64,000 nt of DNA. Source: Candidatus Marinacidobacterales bacterium (lineage in GTDB: Bacteria > Acidobacteriota > Vicinamibacteria > Marinacidobacterales > SMYC01). Of this stretch, positions 1-10,567 are shown in pieces (positions within the stretch are counted from its first letter, which is position 1; every line of letters starts with the position of its first letter). A model generated the notes under the pieces. That model did not search any database. It had not been told where the DNA came from and saw only the letters and a program-made list of their open reading frames with translations. The stretch covers positions 1,440,001-1,504,000 of the forward strand of contig OZ250169.1 of assembly GCA_965237955.1 (NCBI GenBank), written 5' to 3'. A program made the translations under genes and the position numbers.

Positions 1-2
1 CG

Positions 3-842
3 GTCGAACGGGCCGACGAGGGCGAAGGGCGTCAGTACCGGATGGCCCAAGGACGGCTGCTGCTCGAGCGTCCGGGTCGAATCCGATTGAACATCGAGGC
101 TCCGATCCTGAGCGCCAATATCGCGGAGATGGCATCGAACGGCGAGCGGTTCCAGCTTCTCATCTATCCGCCGGACTACCGCGCCCTGATCGAGGGTCGT
201 AATGATCGAAGCTATCGCGAAGAATCCGCCAAGCTCGATCGGGACCCCGAGCTCGAGAAGGCGGGCCCGCTGGTGAACATTCGCCCCCAACACTTCACCG
301 ATGCGTTTCTTCTTTCGACTATCCCCATCGAAGAGCCGCACACCATCGCTTTCCTGGAAGAAGAGCGCGTCGACGAGCCCGATACGCGGCCACGGGCGAA
401 AGACGGAGCTCTCGTCAGAAAGAGCTACTACGTCGTCACCGCGGTTCGTCTCGGTGAGAGCTCACCTCGCGCACGGTACTGGTTCGACCGGCTGGGCGAG
501 CTCGCGTTGGCACGACAGCAAGTCTATGCTCCGGATGGACGCCTCATCGCCGATATTCGCTACGCGGACTATTTGCCACTGCAGGGCGACGTTGGCGTGC
601 GCATCGCGTCCCGCGTCCACATCGAACGCCCGTATGACAACTACGGGCTCGTCGTCAACGTGAAGCCGGACGGTGTCACGATCAACCGCGATCTACCGGA
701 CACGGCGTTCGTTGTGACCGCGCCGGAAGAGTGGGGCGATAGCGTCCGCCACATTGATCTCGACAATCGCGGCGGAGCTAGTCCCCTGTATCAGAACAAA
801 CTAGATAAAGCAGAGCTTGCCGAAACACTTCTAAGTGCATGA
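3..842 (+). CDS. LolA-like / outer-membrane lipoprotein-sorting family protein (5' partial; C-terminus supplied by a MITE)
   Basis: Frame is open from the window start. GRLLLERPGRIRL...NRDLPDTAFVV resembles LolA-fold proteins. The last 18 codons lie inside the 778-901 element. Confidence 0.5.
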   Translation, partial: VERADEGEGRQYRMAQGRLLLERPGRIRLNIEAPILSANIAEMASNGERFQLLIYPPDYRALIEGRNDRSYREESAKLDRDPELEKAGPLVNIRPQHFTDAFLLSTIPIEEPHTIAFLEEERVDEPDTRPRAKDGALVRKSYYVVTAVRLGESSPRARYWFDRLGELALARQQVYAPDGRLIADIRYADYLPLQGDVGVRIASRVHIERPYDNYGLVVNVKPDGVTINRDLPDTAFVVTAPEEWGDSVRHIDLDNRGGASPLYQNKLDKAELAETLLSA

Positions 843-901
843 ATCTTATGGGCCGGCGAAAAGCCTAACTTTGTATAGTAATCACATATCCAGGGGACTA
901 G
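778..901. mobile_element. MITE-like non-autonomous element
   Basis: CTAGTCCCCTG (778-788) and its perfect reverse complement CAGGGGACTAG (891-901) flank an AT-richer interior. CTAG at both ends could be a target-site duplication. Confidence 0.7.
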
Positions 902-1062
902 CCCGTAAGCGTCAAGACGTGATGGCGCCGAGCGCTTCAGCGAGCGCCGCCGACATCTCTTGCTCGATCATCGGTGACGAGCACACCGGCCGTGATTAGG
1001 GCGATGGTAAGAACCACTTGGGTCCCCCTATAAAGATTGTACCGATGGATTCGTATTTTGGA

Positions 1063-1893
1063 CTAGCGGGGACCGATACGGACGTTACGGAACACGATGC
1101 CGACGATGGTCTCGGCCCGCTCCTCGATCCCCATCTCGATCCAATGCTGATTCGGTCGATAGTGGGGCCCGTAGTTGGTCCGCATGATGGGCCTTTCGTC
1201 GAGGAACACGCGGGCCTGGTTGCCTCCGCCGCTCGGTCCCCACTCGAGTCGCCAGCGATAGGCGCGGCGGGGATCCCAATCGAGAAAATCCCAACCCACA
1301 TCGTGCTGCTCACCCTCGGAGATGAACCGCATGCGCACGTACGGCGCGTTGTGCCCCTGCGTGTCGAGCTTCCTGATGTGCACGCGGAACGGATTCTCGC
1401 GGTAGTCGCCGCGCGAGGGATCCCACATCCCCATGATCGTGAACAAATCCCGCCGCGGGTTGAACGGCGTGAGATTGAGGTTCTCCCACTCGACGAAACC
1501 GGAGGACATTGGTCGAACACGATAGCGAATGAAATTGCCGCGGTGTGTCACTTGCCATCCGGCGCCGGTAAAGATACCTCCGGACACCTCGCCCACCGAC
1601 GTCCGGTTCGTCAGAGGATCGAAGATCGTGGCGTTACCTGCCGGAGAGGGCGGCGGCGTTGGCGCGGGCGCAGGCGTGTTTCCGCCCGTGTTGGTCGGCG
1701 GTGGCGGGGTTGGCGTCGATGTCCCACCAGTTGTCCCTACAACGGAGCTTCCGGTCCCGGTCGTCACGCTCGACGTCCCGGTCAAGGGGGTCGACGGGTC
1801 TTCGAGGCTACAACTGGCGACGAACGCTGTCGCCGCAAGTATCGCCACCGGGCGGCAGAATCGAGTGCGTGTTGCTTCTATCGGAGTGGCCAA
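1063..1893 (-). CDS. Hypothetical lipoprotein with Thr/Pro-rich linker and beta-rich C-terminal domain
   Basis: Lipobox-like FVASC, then a TTGTGSS...PTPPPP linker, then a Trp/Arg-rich beta-strand domain. Confidence 0.6.
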   Translation of the reverse strand: MATPIEATRTRFCRPVAILAATAFVASCSLEDPSTPLTGTSSVTTGTGSSVVGTTGGTSTPTPPPPTNTGGNTPAPAPTPPPSPAGNATIFDPLTNRTSVGEVSGGIFTGAGWQVTHRGNFIRYRVRPMSSGFVEWENLNLTPFNPRRDLFTIMGMWDPSRGDYRENPFRVHIRKLDTQGHNAPYVRMRFISEGEQHDVGWDFLDWDPRRAYRWRLEWGPSGGGNQARVFLDERPIMRTNYGPHYRPNQHWIEMGIEERAETIVGIVFRNVRIGPR

Positions 1894-2096
1894 GGTTGGG
1901 TTCTACCTTTTCCATCAGGTCCACGCCCGGCACGGTGGAACGGTCTTCGCCGGACGAGAGGATCGGTTCGGATCCATGTTTAACGGTCTATGTGGTAAGA
2001 AAGAACAATGATAGCACCCTCTCCCGCCAACGGGAACGGAGAAACGGCCCTATTTGCCGGAACCCGGACGTGGGCTCCGGTGTCCAACTCTGCAGC

Positions 2097-5000
2097 ATGC
2101 GCGACGGGATCCTTGCTTTCGTCGGTCTCTTGGTCGCTCCGCCGACTTTGGCGTGTACGTGCGATTGGCCCCGGCCTCCCCGAGAGGCGCTTGTCGATGC
2201 CCGGGCGGTATTCGTGGGTCAGGTGGTGGCTCGCGACCTCATCGCGGAGTACCGCTACCGGACCACGTTCGAGCTCGACCGCGTCTACAAAGGCGATCGC
2301 GCGCAACACATCGAGGTCTACGACACCGGATGGAATTGCGATTACCCTTTCGAGGATGGCGAGAGCTATCTCGTATACGCATACGGCGAGCTCGATGATC
2401 GCCTGTACACCAGCATCTGCTCCCGCACGAAACCCGCATGGCGCGCTGCCCTAGACACGTCACCGCCCGGCTTCCCAGGACCGATCACCGACGTGCCCGC
2501 CGCCGCGATACCCGAACGGCTTTTGCGTTCCAACACCAATACGAAGCTCGCCGCGCTATCGGCATTGGCGCTCTACCCCGACGCCATCGATGGTTCGGCC
2601 GAGGGGCTCCGGAACATCCTGACCGCGGGCACGGTCATAGAGCGCCGCACCGCGCTCGACGCGCTGGAATATGCGGGCGAGCGTGGGCTCATCGTCCTGC
2701 CGAAGCTCGTCGACAACCTCCAGCATGACTCGCTGAAAATTCGTACCGGCTCGGCGAATGTGATCGCCGCCATCGGGCCGCGGGCGCGAGACGCGGTACC
2801 GGCACTCATCGTTCTCCTCGAAGACGAAGCGTTCGTGTCGCAACTCGTCGAAGCGCGGGAGCGGCTTTCCGACGGCGACTACTGGAGGTTAGAGGACGAG
2901 ATCGAGACGTCGCTCGAGGCGACGGCGCTCGCACTCGGCGCCATCGGACCGTACGCCGCCGAAGCAGCACCAACCGTGCTGAACGCCATCGAGCGCGGCC
3001 GGCTCGAGCCCGACCTCGCAAGGGTGTGCCTGTGGATGGGTGCGGGCGTGGAGGCTGCGCGTGACCATTTTGTCAAGAACCTCACGCACGACAACTCCGG
3101 CGTTCGCGCGGGTGCCCTTTCCGGCCTCGCGGCGTTGGGACCCGCCGCGGCGGGCCTGACGTTGGCGGTGATCGCGCTTCTCGAAGACACCGAGCGATAC
3201 GTTCGCATGGAAGCCGCGGAAGCGCTTGGCCACATGGGTGAGCCGACACTCGCCGTCCCGGCGCTCATCGAAGTGCTGGAGCGAGATCACGACATGCATT
3301 GGTCCGCGGTGACGGCGCTCGCTGCGCTCGGCGAAAGCGAGCGCATCGTTCCGCTGTTTCTTGAAGGGCTCGTTTTCCCCGACAAGGCGGAACGCCTCGA
3401 CGCTTCCGCGGCGACGCCCCTCTTTCTCGAGGCGTTGTCCCATCCATCGAAAGACGTCCGCGCGCAATCTGCGGAATGCCTCGGTGTTGTGGGCGGGCGG
3501 GCGCGCTACCAGAACGCCCCCCGAGCCGCAGGGATTCTCGAAGGGCTCGCGCGAGACGACGCCGCGCCTCGCGTCCGCGCAGAGATCCTCACGGCGATGG
3601 TACGAATCGCGCCGGAGTCCGAAGACGTCGCTGCTCGTTTGCTCGCGGCCCTCGGCGACGAAAGCCCCACCGTTCGCCAAAGAGCCGCAAGCGCCATCAA
3701 AGCCTTGCCGGTTTCCGACAAGATCGTCTCGAGCGTTACCGCCGCGTTGGAAGACCCGGACGCGAGCGTTCGAAGAACGGCGGCGGCAACCTTGGGAGAT
3801 TTGGGGCAGGCTGCGGCGAGCGCCGTCGAGGCCTTGGTCGAGCTGACCGACGACCCCGACCGTGCCGTGCGTGGGCAGGCGGTTCGAGCACTCGGTCGCA
3901 TCGGCGAGCTCGCTCACGAGGCGGCACCGGTCCTTTGGCGCATCGCCCACGAGCCGGACGACGGGCTCGCTGAAGACGCCTGGTTCGCCCTCGAATTCCT
4001 GCACGCGATCGGACCTTCCCAGACCACACGCAAGGTGATGTTTTTCCTGTTCGCCCTCACCGGCGTGTCGGCGGCGTGGCTGATGCGGCGCTTGTGGTTC
4101 CACGGAATCGGAGGACGCGGGACCCGCTGGATGATGGCGACCTCGGCTGCGTTCGCGATTATTCTCGGCTGGGAGCTCCTTGAAGCGCGCGCGAAGTATC
4201 CCTATGAGCGACCTGGCTTTCTCGAGCGGATCGATACCATTCCGTTCGCGACGAACGATCTCGTCCTTGCGATCGGAAACCCGCGAGGTCACGAAGACGC
4301 CTTTGGCTACGCGCTCGCGGCGATGCCGGACGCACTCGTCGTCGGCACGCTCGACGACGGCGCCTATATCTACGAACCGTCGGGCGAGCTGCGAGCGCGC
4401 CTCGACCGCCCGGACTCCGATGGGGACGATTTCTTCGGCAGCCAAGTAGCCGCCGCCGGAACGAATGTAGTCGTCGCCGCGCCTCAGGACGACCAGATCG
4501 TGCGCGACGCCGGCGCGGTATTCCTTTTCGATGGCGCGACCGGCGAGCTCCGCACGCGCATCGATAACCCAACGCCGCTCGTGCGGGAGCTCTTCGGCGA
4601 GGCCGTTGCCGCCAGTGACGATCGAATCCTCGTTGCCGGACCGTGGGATCGCTCGGAAACGGGCACGGGCGCCGTGTACCTGTTCGACATGGACGGCGCG
4701 CTTCTGTTGACGATCGCGAATCCAGAGCCGGAACGGTGTCGGGAGCTCGGCTCGTCGCTTGCGTTTCTCGGCGAGAGCCTCGTCGTCGGCGAGGACTCGT
4801 GCAAACTAGTTTTCGTCTTTGGCGCGGACGGCTCGCAAAGTCTCACGCTCCAAAACCCCGAACCGGGCTCGCGCGATTCTTTTGGTCACGCGGTGGCGAC
4901 CCTCGGTGACGATGTTCTCGTGACCGACGGCCGTTTCACCTATCTCTTCGACGGCACGTCCGGCGAGCTCATTCTGAGCGTGAGTCACCCGGAGCCATCC

Positions 5001-5435
5001 GACGACGTCCGTTTCGGCGGCACGGTCGCGGCCATCGACGGAGCTCGCTTCGCCGTCGGCGCCACCGAGCGCGTTTTTATCTTCGACCGCTCGGGCGCCG
5101 TCGTTCAGGACATCGAATGGCCACGGTTGCCACGGACGGGCATCTATCAGGGACACTTCGGATCCACCCTAGCGGTGATGGGAGGCCGACTCGTGGTCGC
5201 AGCACCCCAGGACGACGCCGGCTTTGTTCGCGCGTGGGCCGCAGTGGGCCTTGCAGCAAATCCTCGCATCCTTCCGTCCCGGCGCCCCACAGGAGGTGCC
5301 GTTTACGTTTTCGAGACGTTTGAACCGACCGAACCGACTTTGTTACAACGGAAGGTCGGTTCTTCGCCTCCTCGACGTGAAAGGTACCGCCCGGCCGCCG
5401 CCGGATCAATCCATCTTTGGATGGATTTACGGTAG
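2097..5435 (+). CDS. Multidomain membrane protein: TIMP/NTR-like domain + HEAT repeats + 2 TM helices + FG-GAP-like beta-propeller
   Basis: Signal peptide then CTCDWPRPP...CDYPFEDGESYLVYA...SICSRT; repeated LxDxDxxVRxxAAxALG; two hydrophobic helices; repeated FGxxVA...AP.DD...GAVYLF. Confidence 0.7.
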   Translation: MRDGILAFVGLLVAPPTLACTCDWPRPPREALVDARAVFVGQVVARDLIAEYRYRTTFELDRVYKGDRAQHIEVYDTGWNCDYPFEDGESYLVYAYGELDDRLYTSICSRTKPAWRAALDTSPPGFPGPITDVPAAAIPERLLRSNTNTKLAALSALALYPDAIDGSAEGLRNILTAGTVIERRTALDALEYAGERGLIVLPKLVDNLQHDSLKIRTGSANVIAAIGPRARDAVPALIVLLEDEAFVSQLVEARERLSDGDYWRLEDEIETSLEATALALGAIGPYAAEAAPTVLNAIERGRLEPDLARVCLWMGAGVEAARDHFVKNLTHDNSGVRAGALSGLAALGPAAAGLTLAVIALLEDTERYVRMEAAEALGHMGEPTLAVPALIEVLERDHDMHWSAVTALAALGESERIVPLFLEGLVFPDKAERLDASAATPLFLEALSHPSKDVRAQSAECLGVVGGRARYQNAPRAAGILEGLARDDAAPRVRAEILTAMVRIAPESEDVAARLLAALGDESPTVRQRAASAIKALPVSDKIVSSVTAALEDPDASVRRTAAATLGDLGQAAASAVEALVELTDDPDRAVRGQAVRALGRIGELAHEAAPVLWRIAHEPDDGLAEDAWFALEFLHAIGPSQTTRKVMFFLFALTGVSAAWLMRRLWFHGIGGRGTRWMMATSAAFAIILGWELLEARAKYPYERPGFLERIDTIPFATNDLVLAIGNPRGHEDAFGYALAAMPDALVVGTLDDGAYIYEPSGELRARLDRPDSDGDDFFGSQVAAAGTNVVVAAPQDDQIVRDAGAVFLFDGATGELRTRIDNPTPLVRELFGEAVAASDDRILVAGPWDRSETGTGAVYLFDMDGALLLTIANPEPERCRELGSSLAFLGESLVVGEDSCKLVFVFGADGSQSLTLQNPEPGSRDSFGHAVATLGDDVLVTDGRFTYLFDGTSGELILSVSHPEPSDDVRFGGTVAAIDGARFAVGATERVFIFDRSGAVVQDIEWPRLPRTGIYQGHFGSTLAVMGGRLVVAAPQDDAGFVRAWAAVGLAANPRILPSRRPTGGAVYVFETFEPTEPTLLQRKVGSSPPRRERYRPAAAGSIHLWMDLR

Positions 5436-5448
5436 ATGTTCTGGGCCT

Positions 5449-6765
5449 TCAGGTGGGACCCATGAGCAGCGTGGGGAGCCACGTCGCGAGAGCGGGGAAG
5501 ATACAGAGGATCACGATGCCCGCCACCATACACAGCATGAACGGCAACGCTCCTTTCAGAACCTCGGGAAGGCCGATGTCGGGCACGATGCTGTTGATCA
5601 CGTAGAGGTTCAATCCCACGGGCGGAGTGATGAGCCCGATCTCCATGTTCACCGTGAGCACGACGGCGAACCAGTATGGGTCGAAGCCGGCCTCGCTGAT
5701 GATCGGTAGCAGAATCGGTGCCGCCATGAGAATGACCGCGACGGGTGGTAAGAAGAACCCGGATATCAGCAAAAAGATATTGATGAGGAACATCAGAACC
5801 CACCGATTCGCGTCTAGAGCGACGATCCACTCGGCGAGGGACTGGGTGACGTACAAGCTCGAGAGCATGTAGCTGAAAAGTCCCGAAGCCGCGATGATGA
5901 ACAGAATCATGACGGACTCGCGGGTCGAATCGCGCATCACTTTCCAGAGCGCGGACGGCTGCCACACGCGATAGATCACCATCACGAGAACGATGACGAG
6001 AAACGCGCCGACGCCCGCGGTCTCGGAGGGGGTCGCGACACCGCCATAGAGAACGTAGACGACCGCGGCAATGATGAACAGAAACGGCATTACTTTCGGG
6101 AGCGCCTGGAATCTCTCCTTCCACGTATAAGTGACGTTGCGGGTCGCAGCGTCCGCGCCGCCAGAGCGCCAGGTCGCAAAAAGTGCCCAGGCCATGAACA
6201 GGGACGTCAACATCAAGCCGGGCACGACCCCTGCCAGGAAGAGCCTACCGATGGATGTCTCGGTCGCGATCCCGTAGACGATCATGGTGACACTCGGCGG
6301 GATGAGAATTCCGAGCGTACCCCCCGCTGCGATGGATCCCGCGGCGAGGCTATCGCTGTATCCGCGCTCGCGCATCGCAGGAATGCCCATCTTGCCAATC
6401 GCGGCGCACGTCGCGGGCGACGATCCGGAAAGGGCCGAGAACAACGCGCCGCCGCCGAGGTTCGAGATGACGAGCCCGCCGGGAACGCGATAGAGCCACC
6501 GGTCGAGCGCACCGTAGAGATCCGCGCCCGCCTTCGACGCGGCGACCGCCGCTCCCATGACGATGAACATCGGGATCGCGAGCAGCGTGAAGTCGTCGAG
6601 CTTGCCGAAGAAGAGCTCACCCATGAAGATGAGGCTCGCCGGGCCATCGTGGATCAGAAGAAAGCCCATCGCGACGATGCCCAGACCAACCGCAACGGGA
6701 ACGCCGGACAACAAGACGAGCGTGGTCACGACAGCAATGAGAACGCCCATCGCGAGAGGCGTCAC
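5449..6765 (-). CDS. dctM: TRAP transporter large permease
   Basis: LLAIPMFIVMG, GTLGILIPPS and EIGLITPPVGLNLY motifs; the GTG start overlaps the dctQ stop (GTGA). Confidence 0.93.
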   Translation of the reverse strand: MTPLAMGVLIAVVTTLVLLSGVPVAVGLGIVAMGFLLIHDGPASLIFMGELFFGKLDDFTLLAIPMFIVMGAAVAASKAGADLYGALDRWLYRVPGGLVISNLGGGALFSALSGSSPATCAAIGKMGIPAMRERGYSDSLAAGSIAAGGTLGILIPPSVTMIVYGIATETSIGRLFLAGVVPGLMLTSLFMAWALFATWRSGGADAATRNVTYTWKERFQALPKVMPFLFIIAAVVYVLYGGVATPSETAGVGAFLVIVLVMVIYRVWQPSALWKVMRDSTRESVMILFIIAASGLFSYMLSSLYVTQSLAEWIVALDANRWVLMFLINIFLLISGFFLPPVAVILMAAPILLPIISEAGFDPYWFAVVLTVNMEIGLITPPVGLNLYVINSIVPDIGLPEVLKGALPFMLCMVAGIVILCIFPALATWLPTLLMGPT

Positions 6766-7274
6766 GAGGCGTCCTCGTATCCCTCGTATTTGGTGACGCG
6801 CGCGGCGACGTCGGCGATGTATTGCAGCAACATGAGGCCGAAACCAAGAGGCAGCGCCGCGTATGGAATCCAAAGCGGCACGGCCCACACCGTTTCGGAA
6901 AGCCAACCGTCGGCCCAGGCGTCGTACCAAAGCACCGAGCCCGACCACAGAAGGACCCCGCAGAAAAAAATGCCGGCCGCCGCGCACGCGAGCTCTTGTC
7001 GCTTCCGTCCACGCTCGGATAGGTAGTGCGGCAACAAGTCCACGCTGACGTGCCCCCCGATCATCAAGACGTAGGGGCTACCGATGAGCGTGGCACCGAC
7101 GAGTAGGTAAGTGACGAGCTCCGTTTGCCACACGGTAGGATCGCCCAAGACATAGCGCACCAAAACCATGTGGCACACGATCAACACCGACGCGGCGATC
7201 ATGGCGGCCGCCAATCTACCGGCGCTCTCGGAGAGTTTCCGGACGAAGGAGATGAAACCGGGAAGGCTCAGCAA
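6762..7274 (-). CDS. dctQ: TRAP transporter small permease
   Basis: Four hydrophobic helices, WQTELVTY and GHVSVD motifs, position between dctP and dctM. Start approximate. Confidence 0.88.
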   Translation of the reverse strand: MLSLPGFISFVRKLSESAGRLAAAMIAASVLIVCHMVLVRYVLGDPTVWQTELVTYLLVGATLIGSPYVLMIGGHVSVDLLPHYLSERGRKRQELACAAAGIFFCGVLLWSGSVLWYDAWADGWLSETVWAVPLWIPYAALPLGFGLMLLQYIADVAARVTKYEGYEDAS

Positions 7275-7281
7275 TCCGGTC

Positions 7282-8260
7282 TCACTCGACGGCGAGTGCT
7301 TCCGCGAGAAGCGCCTTGCCGCCTTCAACGTCTTCGGCGAAGAGCTTCTGGGAGGTTACCCGGGCTAGGGCGTGCCATTGGGCGAGATCGTCCTCACTGA
7401 GGTGCGCGACCTCGACACCGGCTTTCTCGAACGCGTCCTCCGCCTGCTGGTCGAGCTTCACCGCCTGGGTTGCGAAGTACGCCTGGGCTTTTTCGGCTGC
7501 TCGTCTCAGCACGACCTGTTGCTCCTCGGTCAATCGTTCGAAGCTGCTCCTCGCCATGAGCATCGGCTGGTACATGAACCACAGGGCCGTATCGCCTGCC
7601 GCGGTAAGGCATTGGACCTGTTCATAGAGGCGAAACGATACGAAGCTGATGCTGCTCGTCATGGTCGCGTCGAGAACGCCGGTCTGCATGGCGGTGTAGA
7701 TCTCGGAGCTCGGCATGGACGTGATCGATCCGCCGGCTCCGAGCAACATTTGCTCGAACGCTTTGCCTGCGCCCCGGATCGTCTGCCCGCGAACATCTTC
7801 TGGCGAGCGAATGCAGCCTTTTTTCGAAGCAAAGCCACCGGCCAGCCACGCGTCGGCGAGCACGATGACTCCCTGCTCCTCGACTTTTCGGCGGATGGCG
7901 TCCATGAACGGCGACTTGTTGATGCGCTCGGCGTGCGCGTGGCTTCTTACGAGCCCGGGCATGAGCGTCAAGTTGAACTCGGCGTGTCGGCCGGCCGCGT
8001 AGGCCAACGGAAACACCGAGATGTCCAATCGTCCCACGGGTCATCGCCGCCCACTGCTCGCTCGCCCCGAAGAGCGATTGGCCCGGGTAAATGCGCATCT
8101 CGACCCCGACGTCGGCCGCGGCCAGCTCGTCTCGCACGATCTCGAGGAGCTCACCACGAACATCGCCTTCCGGCCACTGGTGGGATGCGCGAAGGACGTC
8201 GGTCCTGGAGCAACCCCCGACAAGCGCACTCGACAGCACGACCAACAGTGCGGCTCGCAT
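7282..8260 (-). pseudogene. dctP: TRAP substrate-binding protein, frameshifted near 8038
   Basis: N-part (lipobox VGGC, LRASHQW, IYPGQSLF, QWAAMTRG) and C-part (GRLDISVFPLAY...EIYTAMQTGVLD) are in different frames, joined by one extra G in a GGG run. May be a sequencing error. Confidence 0.8.
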
Positions 8261-8391
8261 AACGACTCGTGGTTCTAGCAGATCTCGTGACACCCGGTCA
8301 ACAAGCGGCATGCTCGTAAACTTGCGCGTGTCTGCTCCGGCGACTAGCATATTGAGATCTGCCATCTAAAAATAATGTGGGAGTAGCGTGA

Positions 8392-9939
8392 ATGACGACG
8401 GTTATGGAAAAACCCAAGGCCCTGCTCGACAAACTGGGCCTTCAAGATGTCAACGCCGGTGCCTGCACTGGCCCCGACGGATGGATTACCGACACCAAAG
8501 GCAAGGAAATCGAATCCCTGAACCCGACGACGAACGAGCCCATCGCGAAAATCGTTCAAGCGACCCCGGATAGCTACGAGACGGTGATGGCGCACGCTCA
8601 CGAGGCGTTCCAGTCGTGGCGCTCCGTTCCCGCGCCCGCGCGCGGCCAGGTGGTACGGGATTTGGGCGATGCGCTTCGTGAGATGAAGGAGCCTCTGGGC
8701 GATCTGATCTCGCTCGAAATGGGCAAGATTCGCGCCGAAGGTCATGGTGAAGTGCAGGAGATGATCGACATCTGCGACTTCGCCGTTGGTCTGTCCAGAC
8801 AGCTCTACGGGCTCACGATGCATTCTGAAAGACCCAACCACCGCATGTACGAGCAGTGGCACCCGCTCGGCGTGGTGGGCATCATCACCGCCTTCAACTT
8901 CCCGATGGCGGTGTGGGCATGGAACGCCGCGATCGCGGCTGTTTGCGGCGATCCCGTTTTATGGAAGCCCTCGACCGATACGCCGCTCACCGCGATCGCT
9001 GTCCAGCATGTCGCGAACCGCGTCATGGAGGATCACGGTCTCAGCGGCATCTTCACGCTCACGGTCGGCTCCGGTCGCGATGTGGGCGAGCTGCTCCTGA
9101 ACGATCCTCGCGCCGGCTTGGTGTCTTTTACCGGCTCGACGCCGGTTGGCCGCCACGTATCGGAAGCAGTCGCGAAACGCTTCGGTGGGACCATCCTCGA
9201 GCTCGGCGGCAACAACGCGATCATCGTTGCCGAAAACGCCGACCTCGATATGGCGACGAGAGCCATCTTGTTCGGCGCGGTCGGTACGGCCGGTCAGCGA
9301 TGCACGAGCACGCGTCGCATCATCGTGCAAAAGGGCATCGCCGGCCAGCTCTGCAATCGTCTCGTCAAAGCGTACAAGCAAGTGCGCATCGGTGACCCGT
9401 TAGACGAAAGCACTTTGATGGGACCGCTGGTGAAAACCGATGCGGTCAACGACATGTTCGCGGCTCTCGAGAAAGTGAAGGAGCAGGGCGGCGAACTGAT
9501 CGCGGGCGGCAACAAGCTTCCCGACAAGGGAGTGAACTTCGTCGAGCCGACGATCGTCAAGATGCCGCAACAATCGGAGATCGTAAAAGAGGAAACGTTC
9601 GCACCCATCCTCTACATCCTCGAATACGACACGATCGAAGACGCGATCAGAATTCACAACGGCGTACCCCAGGGGCTTTCGAGCGCGATCTTCACCGACA
9701 GCATGCGGACCGCGGAGACGTTTCTCTCGGCCGGGGGCTCCGATTGCGGTATCGCCAACGTGAACATCGGAACGTCCGGAGCGGAGATCGGCGGGGCCTT
9801 CGGCGGCGAGAAAGAAACCGGCGGCGGTCGCGAGTCCGGCTCCGACGCGTGGAAGGCGTACATGCGACGTCAAACCAACACCATCAATTGGTCCAAGGAC
9901 CTTCCGCTCGCTCAGGGTATCGAGTTTGCTAGTTGCTGA
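8392..9939 (+). CDS. Aldehyde dehydrogenase family 7 (alpha-aminoadipic semialdehyde / P6C dehydrogenase-like)
   Basis: GEVQEMIDICDFAVGLSRQLYG, ITAFNFP, LELGGNNA, GQRCT, EETFAP and LPLAQGI motifs. Confidence 0.92.
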   Translation: MTTVMEKPKALLDKLGLQDVNAGACTGPDGWITDTKGKEIESLNPTTNEPIAKIVQATPDSYETVMAHAHEAFQSWRSVPAPARGQVVRDLGDALREMKEPLGDLISLEMGKIRAEGHGEVQEMIDICDFAVGLSRQLYGLTMHSERPNHRMYEQWHPLGVVGIITAFNFPMAVWAWNAAIAAVCGDPVLWKPSTDTPLTAIAVQHVANRVMEDHGLSGIFTLTVGSGRDVGELLLNDPRAGLVSFTGSTPVGRHVSEAVAKRFGGTILELGGNNAIIVAENADLDMATRAILFGAVGTAGQRCTSTRRIIVQKGIAGQLCNRLVKAYKQVRIGDPLDESTLMGPLVKTDAVNDMFAALEKVKEQGGELIAGGNKLPDKGVNFVEPTIVKMPQQSEIVKEETFAPILYILEYDTIEDAIRIHNGVPQGLSSAIFTDSMRTAETFLSAGGSDCGIANVNIGTSGAEIGGAFGGEKETGGGRESGSDAWKAYMRRQTNTINWSKDLPLAQGIEFASC

Positions 9940-9970
9940 GCCTCGTCCGGCTCCACGCGGGAACAAGTTT

Positions 9971-10567
9971 CTAGCGCGTCGGCGGCAGCGTGCGGAAGGT
10001 GGTGTGAAGTGTCTGTTCGCACACATCGACAAGCTCGTGGCGTGCACGATAGGGCCACTCGGTAACGACACGCACTGCCAGGCGATCGGCAACTTCACTC
10101 TTCCGGATGCGCACAACGAAACTCTCCGACAAGTCGCCTCCGCCTTTTCTCACCAATCCCTGTAGCAGCCGCGTTCTAACGATGAGCACGTCCTACAGAT
10201 TGTCGCGAAGCTTGGCCGTGAGGCGCCCCGCCTCCGCCACAGGAACGGGTCGCACCGACACTCCGCCGGGAAGAACTTGCTCGATTTGCTTCGCGAGCTC
10301 CGGAGCGGCGGAGATAATGAATAGCTCTTTCAATCTCTCGGACTGCTCACGAGTCACGAACGTCTGGCCGGCCTCCACCATTTGTAGCACCGCGTCTACT
10401 GACAGCCGAAGCTCATCGTAGCGAGCTTGCTCGCGCGGCTGCATCACGAGAACGTAGTAGAGCACGAGAAAAACCGCGAGTCCGAACGTTCCGACGAGCT
10501 GTACGATGAGCTCCCACCTCGACGGTAGACGTGCAGGGGTATTATCGAAAGGACTTTCGTCCGTCAT
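9971..10567 (-). pseudogene. Hypothetical single-TM protein interrupted by an in-frame TAG (10193-10195)
   Basis: GGGAGG RBS before ATG 10567; TM segment LVGTFGLAVFLVLYYVLV; ORF 9971-10189 continues in the same frame past the stop. Confidence 0.55.

Noticed and set aside
1659-2096. N-terminal extension of the 1258-aa ORF
   Set aside because: It overlaps the divergent lipoprotein gene, and a signal peptide begins at ATG 2097.
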